A model generated the notes under the pieces. The model was not told the DNA's origin. It searched no databases and saw only the letters and a list, made by a program, of their open reading frames with translations. Positions 29,020 through 39,043 of a stretch of DNA of 64,000 nt are shown one piece after another. Origin of the DNA: an uncultured Planctomycetota bacterium (lineage in GTDB: Bacteria; Planctomycetota; Planctomycetia; Pirellulales; Lacipirellulaceae); the NCBI GenBank assembly GCA_963719315.1, contig CAVRBU010000010.1, forward strand, positions 42,217 through 106,216, given 5' to 3'. Each line of letters opens with the position of its first letter. Positions within the stretch are counted from its first letter, which is position 1. Position numbers and translations under genes: made by a program.

Positions 29020-31014
29020 CTAGATCTGTCTCCGGTTGCTGCTCTCGGTGGGCGTCCGTCGGCCCGAATTCGTATTCCCAACCGACATCGAGGTGGTCGC
29101 GCCGTCGTCAGAACGATGGTGTAAAAGGCCGTCCGCCCTGTCCGCCCCGTCCGCCAGGACGTTTTCTGCGGTGAATTCGACCTCGTCGGCGGACAGCGAT
29201 CCGTCCGCCCCCGACCACTCGCTGTCCGCCCTGTCCGCCGTCGGTTCAATAATTGCCGGTAAATCCGCCACGGCGGACAGGGCGGACAGGGCGGACGGGG
29301 CGGACGGGGCGGACAGCGTTTCGGGCCTCAGTTCTGGTTCGTGCGCCAACCGCACAATGCGGCTTCGCCGCTTACCAACTCGATCGTCCTGCACACTGAT
29401 GCCCGCCTTGCGGAGATTGGGGGCCAGGCGCTTTACGGAGGTTCCCAAGGCGGACGACGATTTGGGCCACGACTTCAGGGACTTGGTCTTTTGATCCGCG
29501 CGCCGCTCGAGTTCGTCCAGCAGCTCCGTCATCGTGCCCGACCATTCAACCACTTCTTCGACAAAGTCGATGATGGACTTGCCGGCTGGCGACGACTCCA
29601 ACGCCATCTCATTGCCGGCATCCAGGTTGGCGGCATACGCCGAAGTAAACCGTCCCGGTTCCCAGCCTAGCGCCGGCTCGGCGGCCGTGATCCACAGCGC
29701 AAAGTCGGCCATCCTCGGCAGGGACGGTAAGTACGTGGTGCTGAGGTTTCGCAGCGCAGTCGATACGGCCGTGAGAAGTCCTCCCAGAATCCGTGGCTGG
29801 GCCAGATTGAATTCCTTCCACATCGCGGCCTCCGAGCGACGCTCGGACTGGTCGATTCTCGGTAGGTTGATGTGCAGGCAGCGGTCGAGCAAATCGGCCC
29901 GCCTGGCGACGTCGTCGATGCCATTGATGATCACGGGCCGCTGCGCGTCGAACACGGTTTCTTCGTCGTTCTCAAACAGCGTTCGGGTTGAAAACCCACC
30001 CCCTGTGGACAAGCGACAGAGGCAGTCGCTGAACCACGGCTGCACATGGGACAGATTGTCGAGGGCGATGACGCCGCCATTATTGGCCGCGATCATTAAA
30101 TCGCGCGCGTCACGCGGTTCACTGCGGAGGGGAGACGTATTGGGGTCCACCAGGGCGCGAGCCATCCGGCAGACCGTGCTCTTTCCGCTCCCGTGTTCAC
30201 CCTGGACATTGAGCACTGGAAAGGGGCCGGTCGGGCGTAGCGCCGCCAGCAGCCAGCCGACCAGCAGTGTCCACTCCTCGTTCCCGATGTGCACGAATCG
30301 GCGCAGCTCATCGACGCAACCGCCGGCAACCGGAGTGGGCAAGGGCAGCATCGCTTTCGCTCGGCGGAACATGATCGGAGATTCCGAGAGGATCTGCCAG
30401 CCCGTCGCCGTGACCTCGATCACCCGCCAGGCCTCGTCTGCCAGATCGATGTAAATCTTGCCGTCCCGTCCCGCGACTCGGACGTGCACCGAGCGCTGCT
30501 CTCCTCCGAAGATGGCCTTCGCTTCCAGCACCCCCAGCGCATCCTGCATGGCTTGAGCGGCGGCCGTCTTTCCGAGGCTCAGATAGAACAGCCGGGACAG
30601 CCATCGCCGGAAGACGCGGTTGTTGAGTCGGGAGACCTCCCAGTGCTCAGCGACGGGAAAACGAACGAACGCGTCGCCTGCCGGATCGTGGAACAAGTCG
30701 GCGCCGCTGGCCAACTCGATCAATTGGGTCGCCTGATTTTTGCGTTCATCACGATCCGCACTTCCGAGCGCCGCGTCGGCATCCGCATCAGCCGCATCAG
30801 CCGCCTGGACGACCGCATCCTCGAACCAGGCGAAGTCGGCCCTGTCCGCACCGAATTTCGCAATGGCAGCGCCGACGAATCGGTCCCTCGAAATGGATGA
30901 GTCCGTATTGATGTTATCCCGAAACTCCACACCGTCCCGACGCGTAATGGTGACCAGTCGCTGAGGCCGGCCGTTCAATGCGGCAACGGCGATTTCAAAG
31001 TCTGCACGGCTCAT
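29020..31014 (-). CDS. P-loop ATPase, probable replicative helicase of the element
   Basis: Walker A GEHGSGKS, ALDN, DLLDR; follows primase gene. Confidence 0.7.
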   Translation of the reverse strand: MSRADFEIAVAALNGRPQRLVTITRRDGVEFRDNINTDSSISRDRFVGAAIAKFGADRADFAWFEDAVVQAADAADADADAALGSADRDERKNQATQLIELASGADLFHDPAGDAFVRFPVAEHWEVSRLNNRVFRRWLSRLFYLSLGKTAAAQAMQDALGVLEAKAIFGGEQRSVHVRVAGRDGKIYIDLADEAWRVIEVTATGWQILSESPIMFRRAKAMLPLPTPVAGGCVDELRRFVHIGNEEWTLLVGWLLAALRPTGPFPVLNVQGEHGSGKSTVCRMARALVDPNTSPLRSEPRDARDLMIAANNGGVIALDNLSHVQPWFSDCLCRLSTGGGFSTRTLFENDEETVFDAQRPVIINGIDDVARRADLLDRCLHINLPRIDQSERRSEAAMWKEFNLAQPRILGGLLTAVSTALRNLSTTYLPSLPRMADFALWITAAEPALGWEPGRFTSAYAANLDAGNEMALESSPAGKSIIDFVEEVVEWSGTMTELLDELERRADQKTKSLKSWPKSSSALGTSVKRLAPNLRKAGISVQDDRVGKRRSRIVRLAHEPELRPETLSAPSAPSALSALSAVADLPAIIEPTADRADSEWSGADGSLSADEVEFTAENVLADGADRADGLLHHRSDDGATTSMSVGNTNSGRRTPTESSNRRQI
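29131..29314. repeat. Iteron-like GGCGGAC/GTCCGCC heptamer cluster (12 copies)
   Basis: 9-bp period arrays on both strands in the 3' end of the ATPase gene. Confidence 0.75.
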
Positions 31015-31952
31015 GCGTTGGCCCTCCGTCGCGCTCGACGCCGGTGTTCGATTGCATGTCGATTGGCGCGCTCAATGGCCCGTTCTGCGGGTCGGGCGGC
31101 GCGACGTTCGGTGTCGATCAATAAGGCACCTCGCCAGCCGGGCTGCCGCAGCGCATCGTCCACCTTGTGTTTGAGCTCTCGATCCGACCACGGCGGCTGG
31201 CAGCCCGCGTTCCATTCGCCGAGCAGCGCCAGTGCCTGCTCCCGCCCCAGTCCGAAGCCAATCACCATCACGCAGGCGGCATGAAACGTTTGGCCGTGTC
31301 CCCCCTGGCCACTCACGGCCGGCGGGACCTTTGACAGATACCGACGGGCGGGGTCCACGACGCGGGCCGGCACCGCGACGTTGTGTTCTGACGACGGCGC
31401 GGTCGCCGCTTCCCTTGGTAAATCCAGCGTTTGGCTCACCGCCTGAAAAAGCCTTTGAAGGCTCTATCGCAGGTAATCAGGCTCCAGCGTCGCTGGCTCG
31501 CCGTCGCGATCCCACTCGATCACTTCACCATTGGGATGAACGGATCCCGGAAACACGGTCTGACTCCCCGTGGATCGCAGTTCGACGACCATGGTCCGAT
31601 CCGGCAACCGTAACTGGAGTGTGTTGACCGGCTGCGTGACGACATACAGGTAGTGCGACCGAGGTTTTCCAGGGCGGCCGAAAATTGCGCCCGTCTCTGG
31701 CAAGCAGCTCGGCGCGAGCGCCACCGCCAACTGGTGATCGAGATCAACGTCCACGAGCCAATGGGACGGCTCGCCCAGGAGCACACCGATGTTGCGCGGA
31801 CCACGCCCAAAGTGCCGGCTGAGTTCGGCTTCCGTGAGTCGCAGCCGCTCCCATCCCGTGCGACCGGGGTTCTTGGACCCCAGCCGAATCGGGATGACGG
31901 ACCAGCCGCGGCGTACGTAGGCGATCGCCGTTTGGAGACAGTCACGATCCAT
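31011..31952 (-). pseudogene. Bifunctional primase-polymerase (Prim-Pol) with C-terminal domain, split by one in-frame TAG at 31464-31466
   Basis: GWSVIPI..KNP, NIGVLLG, LVDVDLD, SHYLY, PGSVHP; ORF 31011..31439 is in the same frame. Confidence 0.75.
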
Positions 31953-31963
31953 CGCGTCCTCGA

Positions 31964-32263
31964 TTAGGCGGCTATCGGTGTACTCGGCTCCGGTGCCGTC
32001 ACTCGTCGCACGTGAAACGCACCGGCGCCGAATTCCTGCCGGGCAAAACCCAAAAAGAGCGAATTGAAGTCGCGGCCAACCGGGTCAGACGCATCGATCA
32101 CGCACGCCCGCTTTTCGGCGTCGAAGCAATGGGCCACGCCTAAGCGAGTGGCCAGTTCACCGTGGATTGCCTCGGTGGCAATCACGGCGAGTACCAACGT
32201 GGCTTCGACTTCGAGCGGCGCGATCGCACCGTCAAATTGGTAACGATAGATGTTCTCGGACAT
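31964..32263 (-). CDS. Hypothetical protein, first gene of replication operon
   Basis: ATG with GGAG RBS, downstream of promoter-like motif. Confidence 0.65.
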   Translation of the reverse strand: MSENIYRYQFDGAIAPLEVEATLVLAVIATEAIHGELATRLGVAHCFDAEKRACVIDASDPVGRDFNSLFLGFARQEFGAGAFHVRRVTAPEPSTPIAA

Positions 32264-32293
32264 ACAAGCTCCTTTCCGACCGAAAGTGGTCAT

Positions 32294-32331
32294 CTATCTG
32301 TTAACTACCCGGTTAGACCGCGAAACGTCGG
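32294..32331 (-). promoter_or_regulatory. Element-specific promoter-like motif, copy 1
   Basis: CCGACGTTTC-N8-ACCGGGTAGTTAACAGATAG on minus strand. Confidence 0.65.
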
Positions 32332-32338
32332 CGCGTTT

Positions 32339-32941
32339 TTACAAATACTCGCGCAGTCCGGCTTCCTCGAACGGCTCGCGCCACCGCGCCAGCATGTCGT
32401 AGATCGTGGATCCCGGAACACCGAGTTCCCGTTCCGCCTCGGTGACGGTCTTGTGCTTCAACGCCTCCGCTACCCGTCGTTCGTCGGGCGTCAGATGGGC
32501 CATGACGGCCGCCACATCGTGCTGGAGATCGACCGACTCCTGCGCTGAGCGGGTTTTGAGCGCCAGGCGGGCGTCGGCTTCATACTGGGTGATCGTGGCG
32601 GCCAGCTCGACCGGGCCTTCGTCCTTGATTTCGACCAGAACGCTGAGGGAGACATTGCGACGGCAGTCCCGCTTTTGGGCGGTTTGGTTGCGAACGATCG
32701 TGGCCGACTGCCGCTCGACCACGGCTGTGAGAAAGGCGAACAAGTGGCCTCGGTCGCCGCGATAGGCGGAGAGGTGCTTTTCGACCTTTAGCCGAAGCTC
32801 CTGCTCGATGTCGGGTCTTTCCGACGGGCGGAATCCGGATCGGCAGATGATCTGCCGAGCCTTTTTCCGGATCAGCCGGCCAAGAAACTCTTCGCTACGG
32901 GGGTCCAGGTTGGGATTGGACGGGGCATGGGACGATTCCAT
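32339..32941 (-). CDS. Sigma-70/ECF-like factor
   Basis: IRKKARQ...DIEQEL (region 2-like); LTPDERRVAEAL...ELGVPGSTIYD (region 4 HTH). Confidence 0.7.
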   Translation of the reverse strand: MESSHAPSNPNLDPRSEEFLGRLIRKKARQIICRSGFRPSERPDIEQELRLKVEKHLSAYRGDRGHLFAFLTAVVERQSATIVRNQTAQKRDCRRNVSLSVLVEIKDEGPVELAATITQYEADARLALKTRSAQESVDLQHDVAAVMAHLTPDERRVAEALKHKTVTEAERELGVPGSTIYDMLARWREPFEEAGLREYL

Positions 32942-33023
32942 TTCTGCAATTCCTTCGCATTGGTCATTCCCGCCACATCTGATGTGCGGCGTACAAACTC
33001 CGGGGAAGTTGCAGTGAGCGCGC

Positions 33024-33066
33024 AAAAAAAGCCTGTGGCGATGACGTAAGTCATTGGGCCACAGGC
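33024..33066 (-). terminator. Intrinsic terminator in leader of sigma-like gene
   Basis: GCCTGTGGC...GCCACAGGC stem followed by a T run on the minus strand. Confidence 0.6.
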
Positions 33067-33132
33067 CGTTGCCATCACGAAATTAATTACGTTCACTTGC
33101 AAGTAACATCTGCAAGTGCAACTGCAAATTGA

Positions 33133-33813
33133 TTAACGTCGAGCGTTACGTCGGTGCTCGGCCGCATCCAGGATAAATTCGCGGTCGGCCAACTTATCCC
33201 ACAAGGCATTGAGCGCATCGGCGCCTTCGTCGCTGAAGCATCGGCTCGTTGTATAATCGGGCAGTCCGCATTCCATGCCGACATCTACCTGCCGACAGCG
33301 TGGGAGCACGTCTGGCTCCCCGAACTTAGCCCATGTCTCGTCCGCATGATCGACGGCTTCCTGTATTTTGCGACGGACGACTTTGATCAGCCGCTGGATG
33401 TCCGCCAGGCGATCCACCCGCTTCTTTGCGGAACCCGTCCCCGGTTCAGGATCGGCCATTGCCACTGCCGCTTGAAGCCAAAGTAACCAATCCTCCTCCG
33501 GGTACATGCAAATCCCGTAGTGCGCGATTTCGCCTTCTGGGATTTGCGGATCGCCGAACAGCGCACCGTGGTATTTAAAAGAGGACTCCCGTTCGTAGTT
33601 TAGTTTCATTCCCGGCGTACGACTCCCTCGTCCCAGCTCTGGCGCTTTCAAGCCAAGGCTAGAACACTGCCTGCTGGCCGCGAGGTCGAGCGCAAATAAT
33701 TCCCGCTCTTCTTCTGGATCCAACGGCAAACTGCCGCGCGCTTCGACAAAGGCGCAAAACGCCTCCAGCGACGAAGGGGAACGCGGTTTCTGCGTCTGGT
33801 TCCGTTTGGCCAC
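33133..33813 (-). CDS. Hypothetical protein (possible regulator)
   Basis: 226-aa ORF filling the gap between sigma-like gene and recombinase operon; no motif recognised. Confidence 0.55.
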   Translation of the reverse strand: MAKRNQTQKPRSPSSLEAFCAFVEARGSLPLDPEEERELFALDLAASRQCSSLGLKAPELGRGSRTPGMKLNYERESSFKYHGALFGDPQIPEGEIAHYGICMYPEEDWLLWLQAAVAMADPEPGTGSAKKRVDRLADIQRLIKVVRRKIQEAVDHADETWAKFGEPDVLPRCRQVDVGMECGLPDYTTSRCFSDEGADALNALWDKLADREFILDAAEHRRNARR

Positions 33814-33825
33814 GGCACCATTTCT

Positions 33826-33863
33826 CCGACGTTTCGGCCACCGACCGGGTAGTTAACAAGTAG
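33826..33863 (+). promoter_or_regulatory. Element-specific promoter-like motif, copy 2
   Basis: CCGACGTTTC-N8-ACCGGGTAGTTAACAAGTAG upstream of DUF2924-recombinase operon. Confidence 0.65.
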
Positions 33864-33910
33864 GAGAGACATCGTTTTCGCATATTTACGAACCCAAAGT
33901 CAACGAAGGG

Positions 33911-34117
33911 GTGGAACCAGTGAACTCCCGTTTTCTTCAATACGCAAGCGGCGACGAGCGGTTGGCCGAGGTCGCCCACATCTTTGCTGCGGCAATCTTG
34001 CGACTGCGCCAAACGGGGGCTGGTACAGGCCAAATCTTTTCTGAAACTGCTCTCAAAACTGCCCGCCAGGACCTTGAACAGTCCCGCGTTTCGAGGCTGA
34101 GTGTGTCCAGGGGTTAA
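33911..34117 (+). CDS. Small conserved protein preceding DUF2924
   Basis: ERLAEVAHIFAAAILRL; homolog at 45645..45881 (EVASILAAGVLRL). Confidence 0.65.
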   Translation: MEPVNSRFLQYASGDERLAEVAHIFAAAILRLRQTGAGTGQIFSETALKTARQDLEQSRVSRLSVSRG

Positions 34118-34150
34118 CGGCCCGGAGACATAACGATTACGGAGAAAAAG

Positions 34151-34647
34151 ATGAGCCTGAACGTTGAGCGAGAGTTGGCGAAACTGCAGCGAATGACGGT
34201 TGGCGAGTTGCAACAGAAGTTCATTGAGGTTTGCGGCGAAGAACCGCGGAGCCGAAACAAGCGATGGTTAGTTAAGCGGCTGATCTGGAAGTTGCAGGCC
34301 CGCGAATACGGCGGGCTTTCGGAAGCAGCGCTGCGTCGCGCAAGGAGATCGCCGACATGTGCGACCTGAGCGATCTGCGGCTCACGGCGCCAAAGGATTT
34401 CTTAGCGCCGAGGCCGGTCTCAACGGACGCGCCCGCAGCCCCGCTGGACAGCCGCTTACCAATGCCGGGAACGCTGCTGAGCCGGAGGTACAAAGGGCAG
34501 ACGCTCAACGTCCAAGTACTGGCAGACGGGTTCCTATTCGAGGGCGAGAGGTTCAAGTCGCTTTCCGCCCTCGCCCGCAAGATCACGGGCTCGGCCTGGA
34601 ACGGGTATCTGTTCTTCGGCCTTACGAAGAAGGAGGTCGGAGCATGA
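34151..34647 (+). CDS. DUF2924 protein, frameshift near 34345
   Basis: LQRMTVGEL, RLPMPGTLL, FKSLSALARKITGSAWNGYLFFGL. Confidence 0.85.
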
Positions 34648-36196
34648 CGACTCGACCACGCAATGCAAGCGCCGTCGTGCGGGCGGCGGTTTACACCCGC
34701 AAGACCACGCAGGACGGCCTCGAACAAGAGTTCAACACACTCGATGCCCAACGTGAAACGGGCGAAGCCTTTATCCGCGAACAGCAAGGTTGGGTGTGCT
34801 TGCCGGACCGCTACGATGACGGTGGATTCTCCGGTGGCACGGTCGAACGCCCCGGCACTCAGGCGGCTGATGGCCGACATCGAGGCTGGCAAGATTGATG
34901 CGGTCGTTGTCTATAAGTACGACCGGTTTAGCCGGTCGTTGTTGGATTTCGCCAAGATGATGGAGGTCTTCGAGCGGCACAACGTATCGTTCGTCGCGGT
35001 GACGCAGCAGTTCAATACGGCCACGTCGATGGGGCGGTTGTACCTCAACATGCTGATGTCGTTCGCCCAGTTCGAGCGCGAGATGATTTCGGATCGAACG
35101 AGGGACAAGATCGCCGCAACCCGCCGTAAGGGCAAGTACACGGGCGGAATGCCGCTATTGGGCTACAACGTCGTCGATTCCAAACTGGTCATCAACGAGG
35201 CGGAGGCGGATCGTGTCCGGCAGATCTTCTCCTTCTACCTGGAACTCGGGTCGTTGCTGCCGACCGTCCAAGAACTTGCCCGTCGGGGTTGGACCACCAA
35301 GCCGTGGACCACCAAGAAGCAGATTGCTCGTGGTGGTTTACCGATCACCAAGACCCGGCTGCACCATTTGCTCACGAACGTCACGTACGTCGGCAAGATT
35401 CGCTACAAAGACGAAGTCCATCTCGGCGAGCACGAGGGGATTGTGGACGATGCCGTATTTGATCGCGTCCAGTCGATGCTGCGGGAAAACGGCCAGTCCG
35501 GGTGCGGCGAGAAACGCAACAAACACGGCGCATTGCTTCGCGGCCTCCTCTACTGCGCCAATTGCAACTGCGGGATGTCGCACTCGTACACGAAGAAGGG
35601 GAATAGGCTCTATCGATACTACGTCTGCAACAACGCCCAGCAGAACGGCCGAGCCGCTTGTCCTGCTCCCTCCGTGCCCGCTGGCGAAATCGAGGCGTTC
35701 GTCGTCGAGGAGATCAAAGCAATCGGCCGGGACCGCGGCGCTCGTGGCCGCCACGGTGGCCGAGTCGCGGCGGCTGGTTCAGGACGGGATCAAACGCCTC
35801 AAGGCGGAACGGGCCGCGTTAGAACGCCAGCGTCGGGCGGACGAGGCGGAACTGCGCAAGGTCGCCGCCGGTGGCGCCCAGAACGGCGAACTGGCGCGAA
35901 TGGCCGAGATCGAGGAACGCAATTTGGCGAAGGAGCGACGTATTACTGAGATCGGGGAAGAGATCGCCCGGCTGGTGGCCAACGACGTATCCGAGGACCA
36001 AGTTGCGGCCGCGCTCGGTGAATTCGATGCGGTGTGGGGAGCGCTGACGCCGAAGGAGCAGGCGCGGGTTTTGGCGCTGCTTATTGAGCGGGTCGATCAC
36101 GATGGCAAAGATGGAAGCGTGGAGATTACCTTCCATTCGGGCGGGGTGAAGGCGTTCGCTGCCCAGGTTGCAACCCAAGAGGAGACAGCGGCATGA
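34644..36196 (+). CDS. Large serine recombinase, frameshifts near 34850 and 35730
   Basis: AVYTRKT, YDDGGFSG, DRFSRS, SFAQFERE, Zn ribbon CANC/YYVC, coiled coil; the usual catalytic YxRxS reads YTRKT. Confidence 0.9.
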
Positions 36197-36612
36197 AGAA
36201 AGGTATCACGGTAAAACGCCAGTTTCACTTGCGGCGGGGGAAAAGCAATCGACAACATGTGCTCACCGGTGCGAAACCGAAGGCCACCGTCGGCCGCGTA
36301 CCCCGGATTTCGCGGCTCATGGCGCTGGCCATTCGGTTTGATCAACTCATTCGCGATGGGGTTGGGGCGGATCAAGCAGAGTTGGCGCGGCTGGGGCACG
36401 TCAGCCGAGCCAGGCTCTCCCAGGTGATGAATCTGCTGAATTTGGCACCCGATATCCAAGAATCTCTCCTCCATGTGTCGCCGGAATGCTGCGGGCGCAA
36501 TCTGTCCGAACGGCACCTACGTCCGATCGCGGCCAAGTCCAGCTGGAAGATACAGCGACGAAAATGGACTACGCTGACCAGCAACGAACCGATTTTGTCG
36601 GCCCAGCCGTAG
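36193..36612 (+). CDS. Recombinase-associated HTH protein
   Basis: GRVPRISRLMALA...AELARLGHVSRARLSQVMNLLNLAPDIQE; ATGA overlap with recombinase. Confidence 0.7.
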   Translation: MKKGITVKRQFHLRRGKSNRQHVLTGAKPKATVGRVPRISRLMALAIRFDQLIRDGVGADQAELARLGHVSRARLSQVMNLLNLAPDIQESLLHVSPECCGRNLSERHLRPIAAKSSWKIQRRKWTTLTSNEPILSAQP

Positions 36613-36853
36613 TTCGCCGTGTCGTCCACAACCAATCGGATTTCGGTTGTATCGCGACGACTCAGGTAGTTGATTCGCCCGTCTTGCCGGTCATGCAGTG
36701 ATCGGAGCAATTGGTTTTAACCCCAGATCGGCTGCGCCGAGAAGCTCCTCCGCGGATGAGAAGTCGCATTTTGATTGATGATATAAGTAAAGAAACGCTG
36801 ACGCCGCAAGATGCTGACTGAGAAGCAGTTACAGCCGTTCGTGCAAGCAAACG

Positions 36854-36930
36854 AACGAATATGACACCGCTTCGTTAAAGGCGTTTCTGATTCGAGCTTC
36901 GGATCCCAGGACGGTTCGACATTTGCGCAA
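36854..36930 (+). repeat. Non-coding repeat family member
   Basis: AACGAATATGACACCGCTTCGTTA...GGTTCGACATTTGCGCAA matches 39540-39615. Confidence 0.8.
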
Positions 36931-37037
36931 CAAAGCAGGCGGGGCGCGGAGTTGGCGGCGAATGAGGCAGACTCGTCGGAGAGCCTTGCAAGTCGAGGAG
37001 CTTAGAAGCAGGGTCGATTCTTGATGTGTACAACGTG

Positions 37038-37616
37038 TTATTGGCTTGATGGCATTCGCGAGACAATTCGGTGCCTTCTCAAGATTCCTGCCGCCATCCC
37101 AAGAAGTAACAGCTGTCCGCTGGCCGGCTCGGGGACGTCGCCAGAGCGCACGGCCCACGCGAAGTTGTTCGGATACGTCTTGGTCGACGTGATCTGCACG
37201 CCGGTGTTGAAGAAGATCTGCCACGCCTTGTCGGTGTCCGTGCTCAATTCGGTGCCAGACCAATGGTTCACCAGGTTCACACCCGTGAACGGTCCCGGGC
37301 TGGTGTTGGTGATGCCTTCGACGTGGTACAGGAAGCTCATCTCGTTATCCGTGCTGGGAGTTGTCGAGGTGTCGACGATGTCGTCGCCGTTGACATCGGC
37401 GCTGGGCAGCCGCCAGCCGGTCACGCCGCCGATGTCGAGTGACGCTGCCGCAGCGATCGAGGCGTCCCAGGTACCCGCGCCGAGAAGGGCTGCGTTGGTC
37501 GCCCAGGTGATGTCGAGATTGGGGTCGTAGTACGCCTGCCCGCCGAGACGCGATTCCAGCGGCAGGATGACGGCATGGGCGGAACCGGCAGTGAGTGCTA
37601 AGACGAGACTGCACAC
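37038..37616 (-). CDS. PEP-CTERM protein (start region probably frameshifted, ATG near 37640)
   Basis: YYDPNLDITW, GWRLPS, AWAVRSGDVPEPAS + TM + RR. Confidence 0.85.
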   Translation of the reverse strand: MCSLVLALTAGSAHAVILPLESRLGGQAYYDPNLDITWATNAALLGAGTWDASIAAAASLDIGGVTGWRLPSADVNGDDIVDTSTTPSTDNEMSFLYHVEGITNTSPGPFTGVNLVNHWSGTELSTDTDKAWQIFFNTGVQITSTKTYPNNFAWAVRSGDVPEPASGQLLLLGMAAGILRRHRIVSRMPSSQ

Positions 37617-38018
37617 GACGTACGGAAGATAGTTTCATTTCATGGCGGACCTTTCTCAGTTTCAGGTGGCCGTAACGACGAACTTCGATGCAAGCACCTA
37701 AGTCACAGAGTAGTAGCGCCAGTATGGGGGTTGGACCAAGATCGATCAACAGTTTTTAAGGATATCGGGGTGAATTTAGAAAAAGGCGCCGCCTTTTAGC
37801 CGATATCGGCGATTGCACAGACAGAAATGTTTGGTCCGCAACTTGCTGCGCCGGTGACGGAACGCAGCCTGTTGTCGCTCTTCAATCGCGCCGGCCAAAC
37901 GGTGAGAAAAGTCAAGCACCGACCGTTTAGAAACGGTTCCGATGGCGACTACGTCCGCTGCTCCGGCGACCGCGATAGACCCCTTCGCCGGGCATTTCAA
38001 AACTCGTCACTGCGTTAG

Positions 38019-38060
38019 CTTTTCGGGACAGATTTTCCGTTCCGGAAACTCAACTCCGCG
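38019..38060 (+). repeat. Non-coding repeat family member (partial)
   Basis: TTTTCGGGACAGATTTTCCGTTCCGGAAA is the reverse complement of the 3657-3687 motif. Confidence 0.55.
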
Positions 38061-38422
38061 GTCAGCCCGGTACTTGGCGGTCGTTTCCGCCCAAAAAAGG
38101 CTCCGTCAAACCAAGGGACCAGGAACTGATTCGAATCGTCATTGATCGGACCTAGCAATGCGGCTCGACGAAGTCGGTGTTTCTTCCCGCCTGCGAGCTT
38201 AAAATCGTGGACAACGTGCCATCGCGGCGCTAAAATCAGGGGCGCGTACAAATATCGCAGCCTGGGAGAGATTCGTCGCCGGTTTAGCTAACGCCAATCG
38301 ATCAAACGGCAGTCGGACCTTTCCTTTACGGCGCTTCGCCGAACGAGGAGATGTCTGTCTGCCGTTTTTTTGCTACTTCGGTGACGATCGATGTTCCAAA
38401 CTTGTTGGGATAGGAGGAAACC

Positions 38423-39043
38423 ATGACGCATACAACAACAGTCACAGTCGTAGCGGTACTGTCACTCGGCCCACTCGGCTTCTCCGCCCATGCAGCTACC
38501 TTCGTTCAGTGGCCATCCAGTTCCGGCGGGAACGATCACAGATACGCAATTACCGACGAGGCCTCAGACTGGACTACTGCCGAAAGCACCGCCATTGGGC
38601 TCGGTGGTCATCTGGCAAGCATCACAAGTTCGGACGAACAGTCGTTTATCAATTCGACGTTTCTTACTGGCAACTTCGCAGCGAAGCCACTTTGGATCGG
38701 TCTGACCGATCAGGCGGCAGAAGGAACATTCGTCTGGACCACCGGTGAACCGCTAAGCTACACGAACTGGAAGATCGGTGAACCCAGCGACCAAGGCGAA
38801 GACTACGGTACAATTAATTGGGGCTTTGCGCGGGGCGATGCTGTCCCCAAGGGCCAATGGAACGACACCCCCTTGAATGGAACCTCAAATTATGGAGGCA
38901 ACACCGATGGACCGTACTTTGGGATCGTAGAGGTCGTCCCGGAACCTACGTCCGCTGCGCTGGCGTTATTTGGCACAATTAGTTCCATTGCCACGTGTTT
39001 CCTTTGCAGACGTCCTAACGCTCGCCGTCGCTGGTCAAGGTAG
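38423..39043 (+). CDS. C-type lectin domain PEP-CTERM protein
   Basis: GGHLASI, LWIGLTD, EGTFVW, YTNWKIGEP, WND; VPEPTS. Confidence 0.9.
   Translation: MTHTTTVTVVAVLSLGPLGFSAHAATFVQWPSSSGGNDHRYAITDEASDWTTAESTAIGLGGHLASITSSDEQSFINSTFLTGNFAAKPLWIGLTDQAAEGTFVWTTGEPLSYTNWKIGEPSDQGEDYGTINWGFARGDAVPKGQWNDTPLNGTSNYGGNTDGPYFGIVEVVPEPTSAALALFGTISSIATCFLCRRPNARRRWSR

Larger units (their letters stand above)
23084..36612. mobile_element. Element B: capsid-less phage-related integrative element
   Basis: att-like end, terL/terS/HNH, ParB-MTase, primase and ATPase, sigma-like factor, DUF2924 and serine recombinase; right boundary uncertain (could extend to 47234). Confidence 0.8.

Noticed and set aside
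29131..29314. CRISPR array
   Set aside because: 7-9 bp units without unique spacers and no cas genes; better read as iterons
23084..36612. Complete prophage or gene transfer agent
   Set aside because: No portal, capsid, tail or lysis genes recognisable in the window
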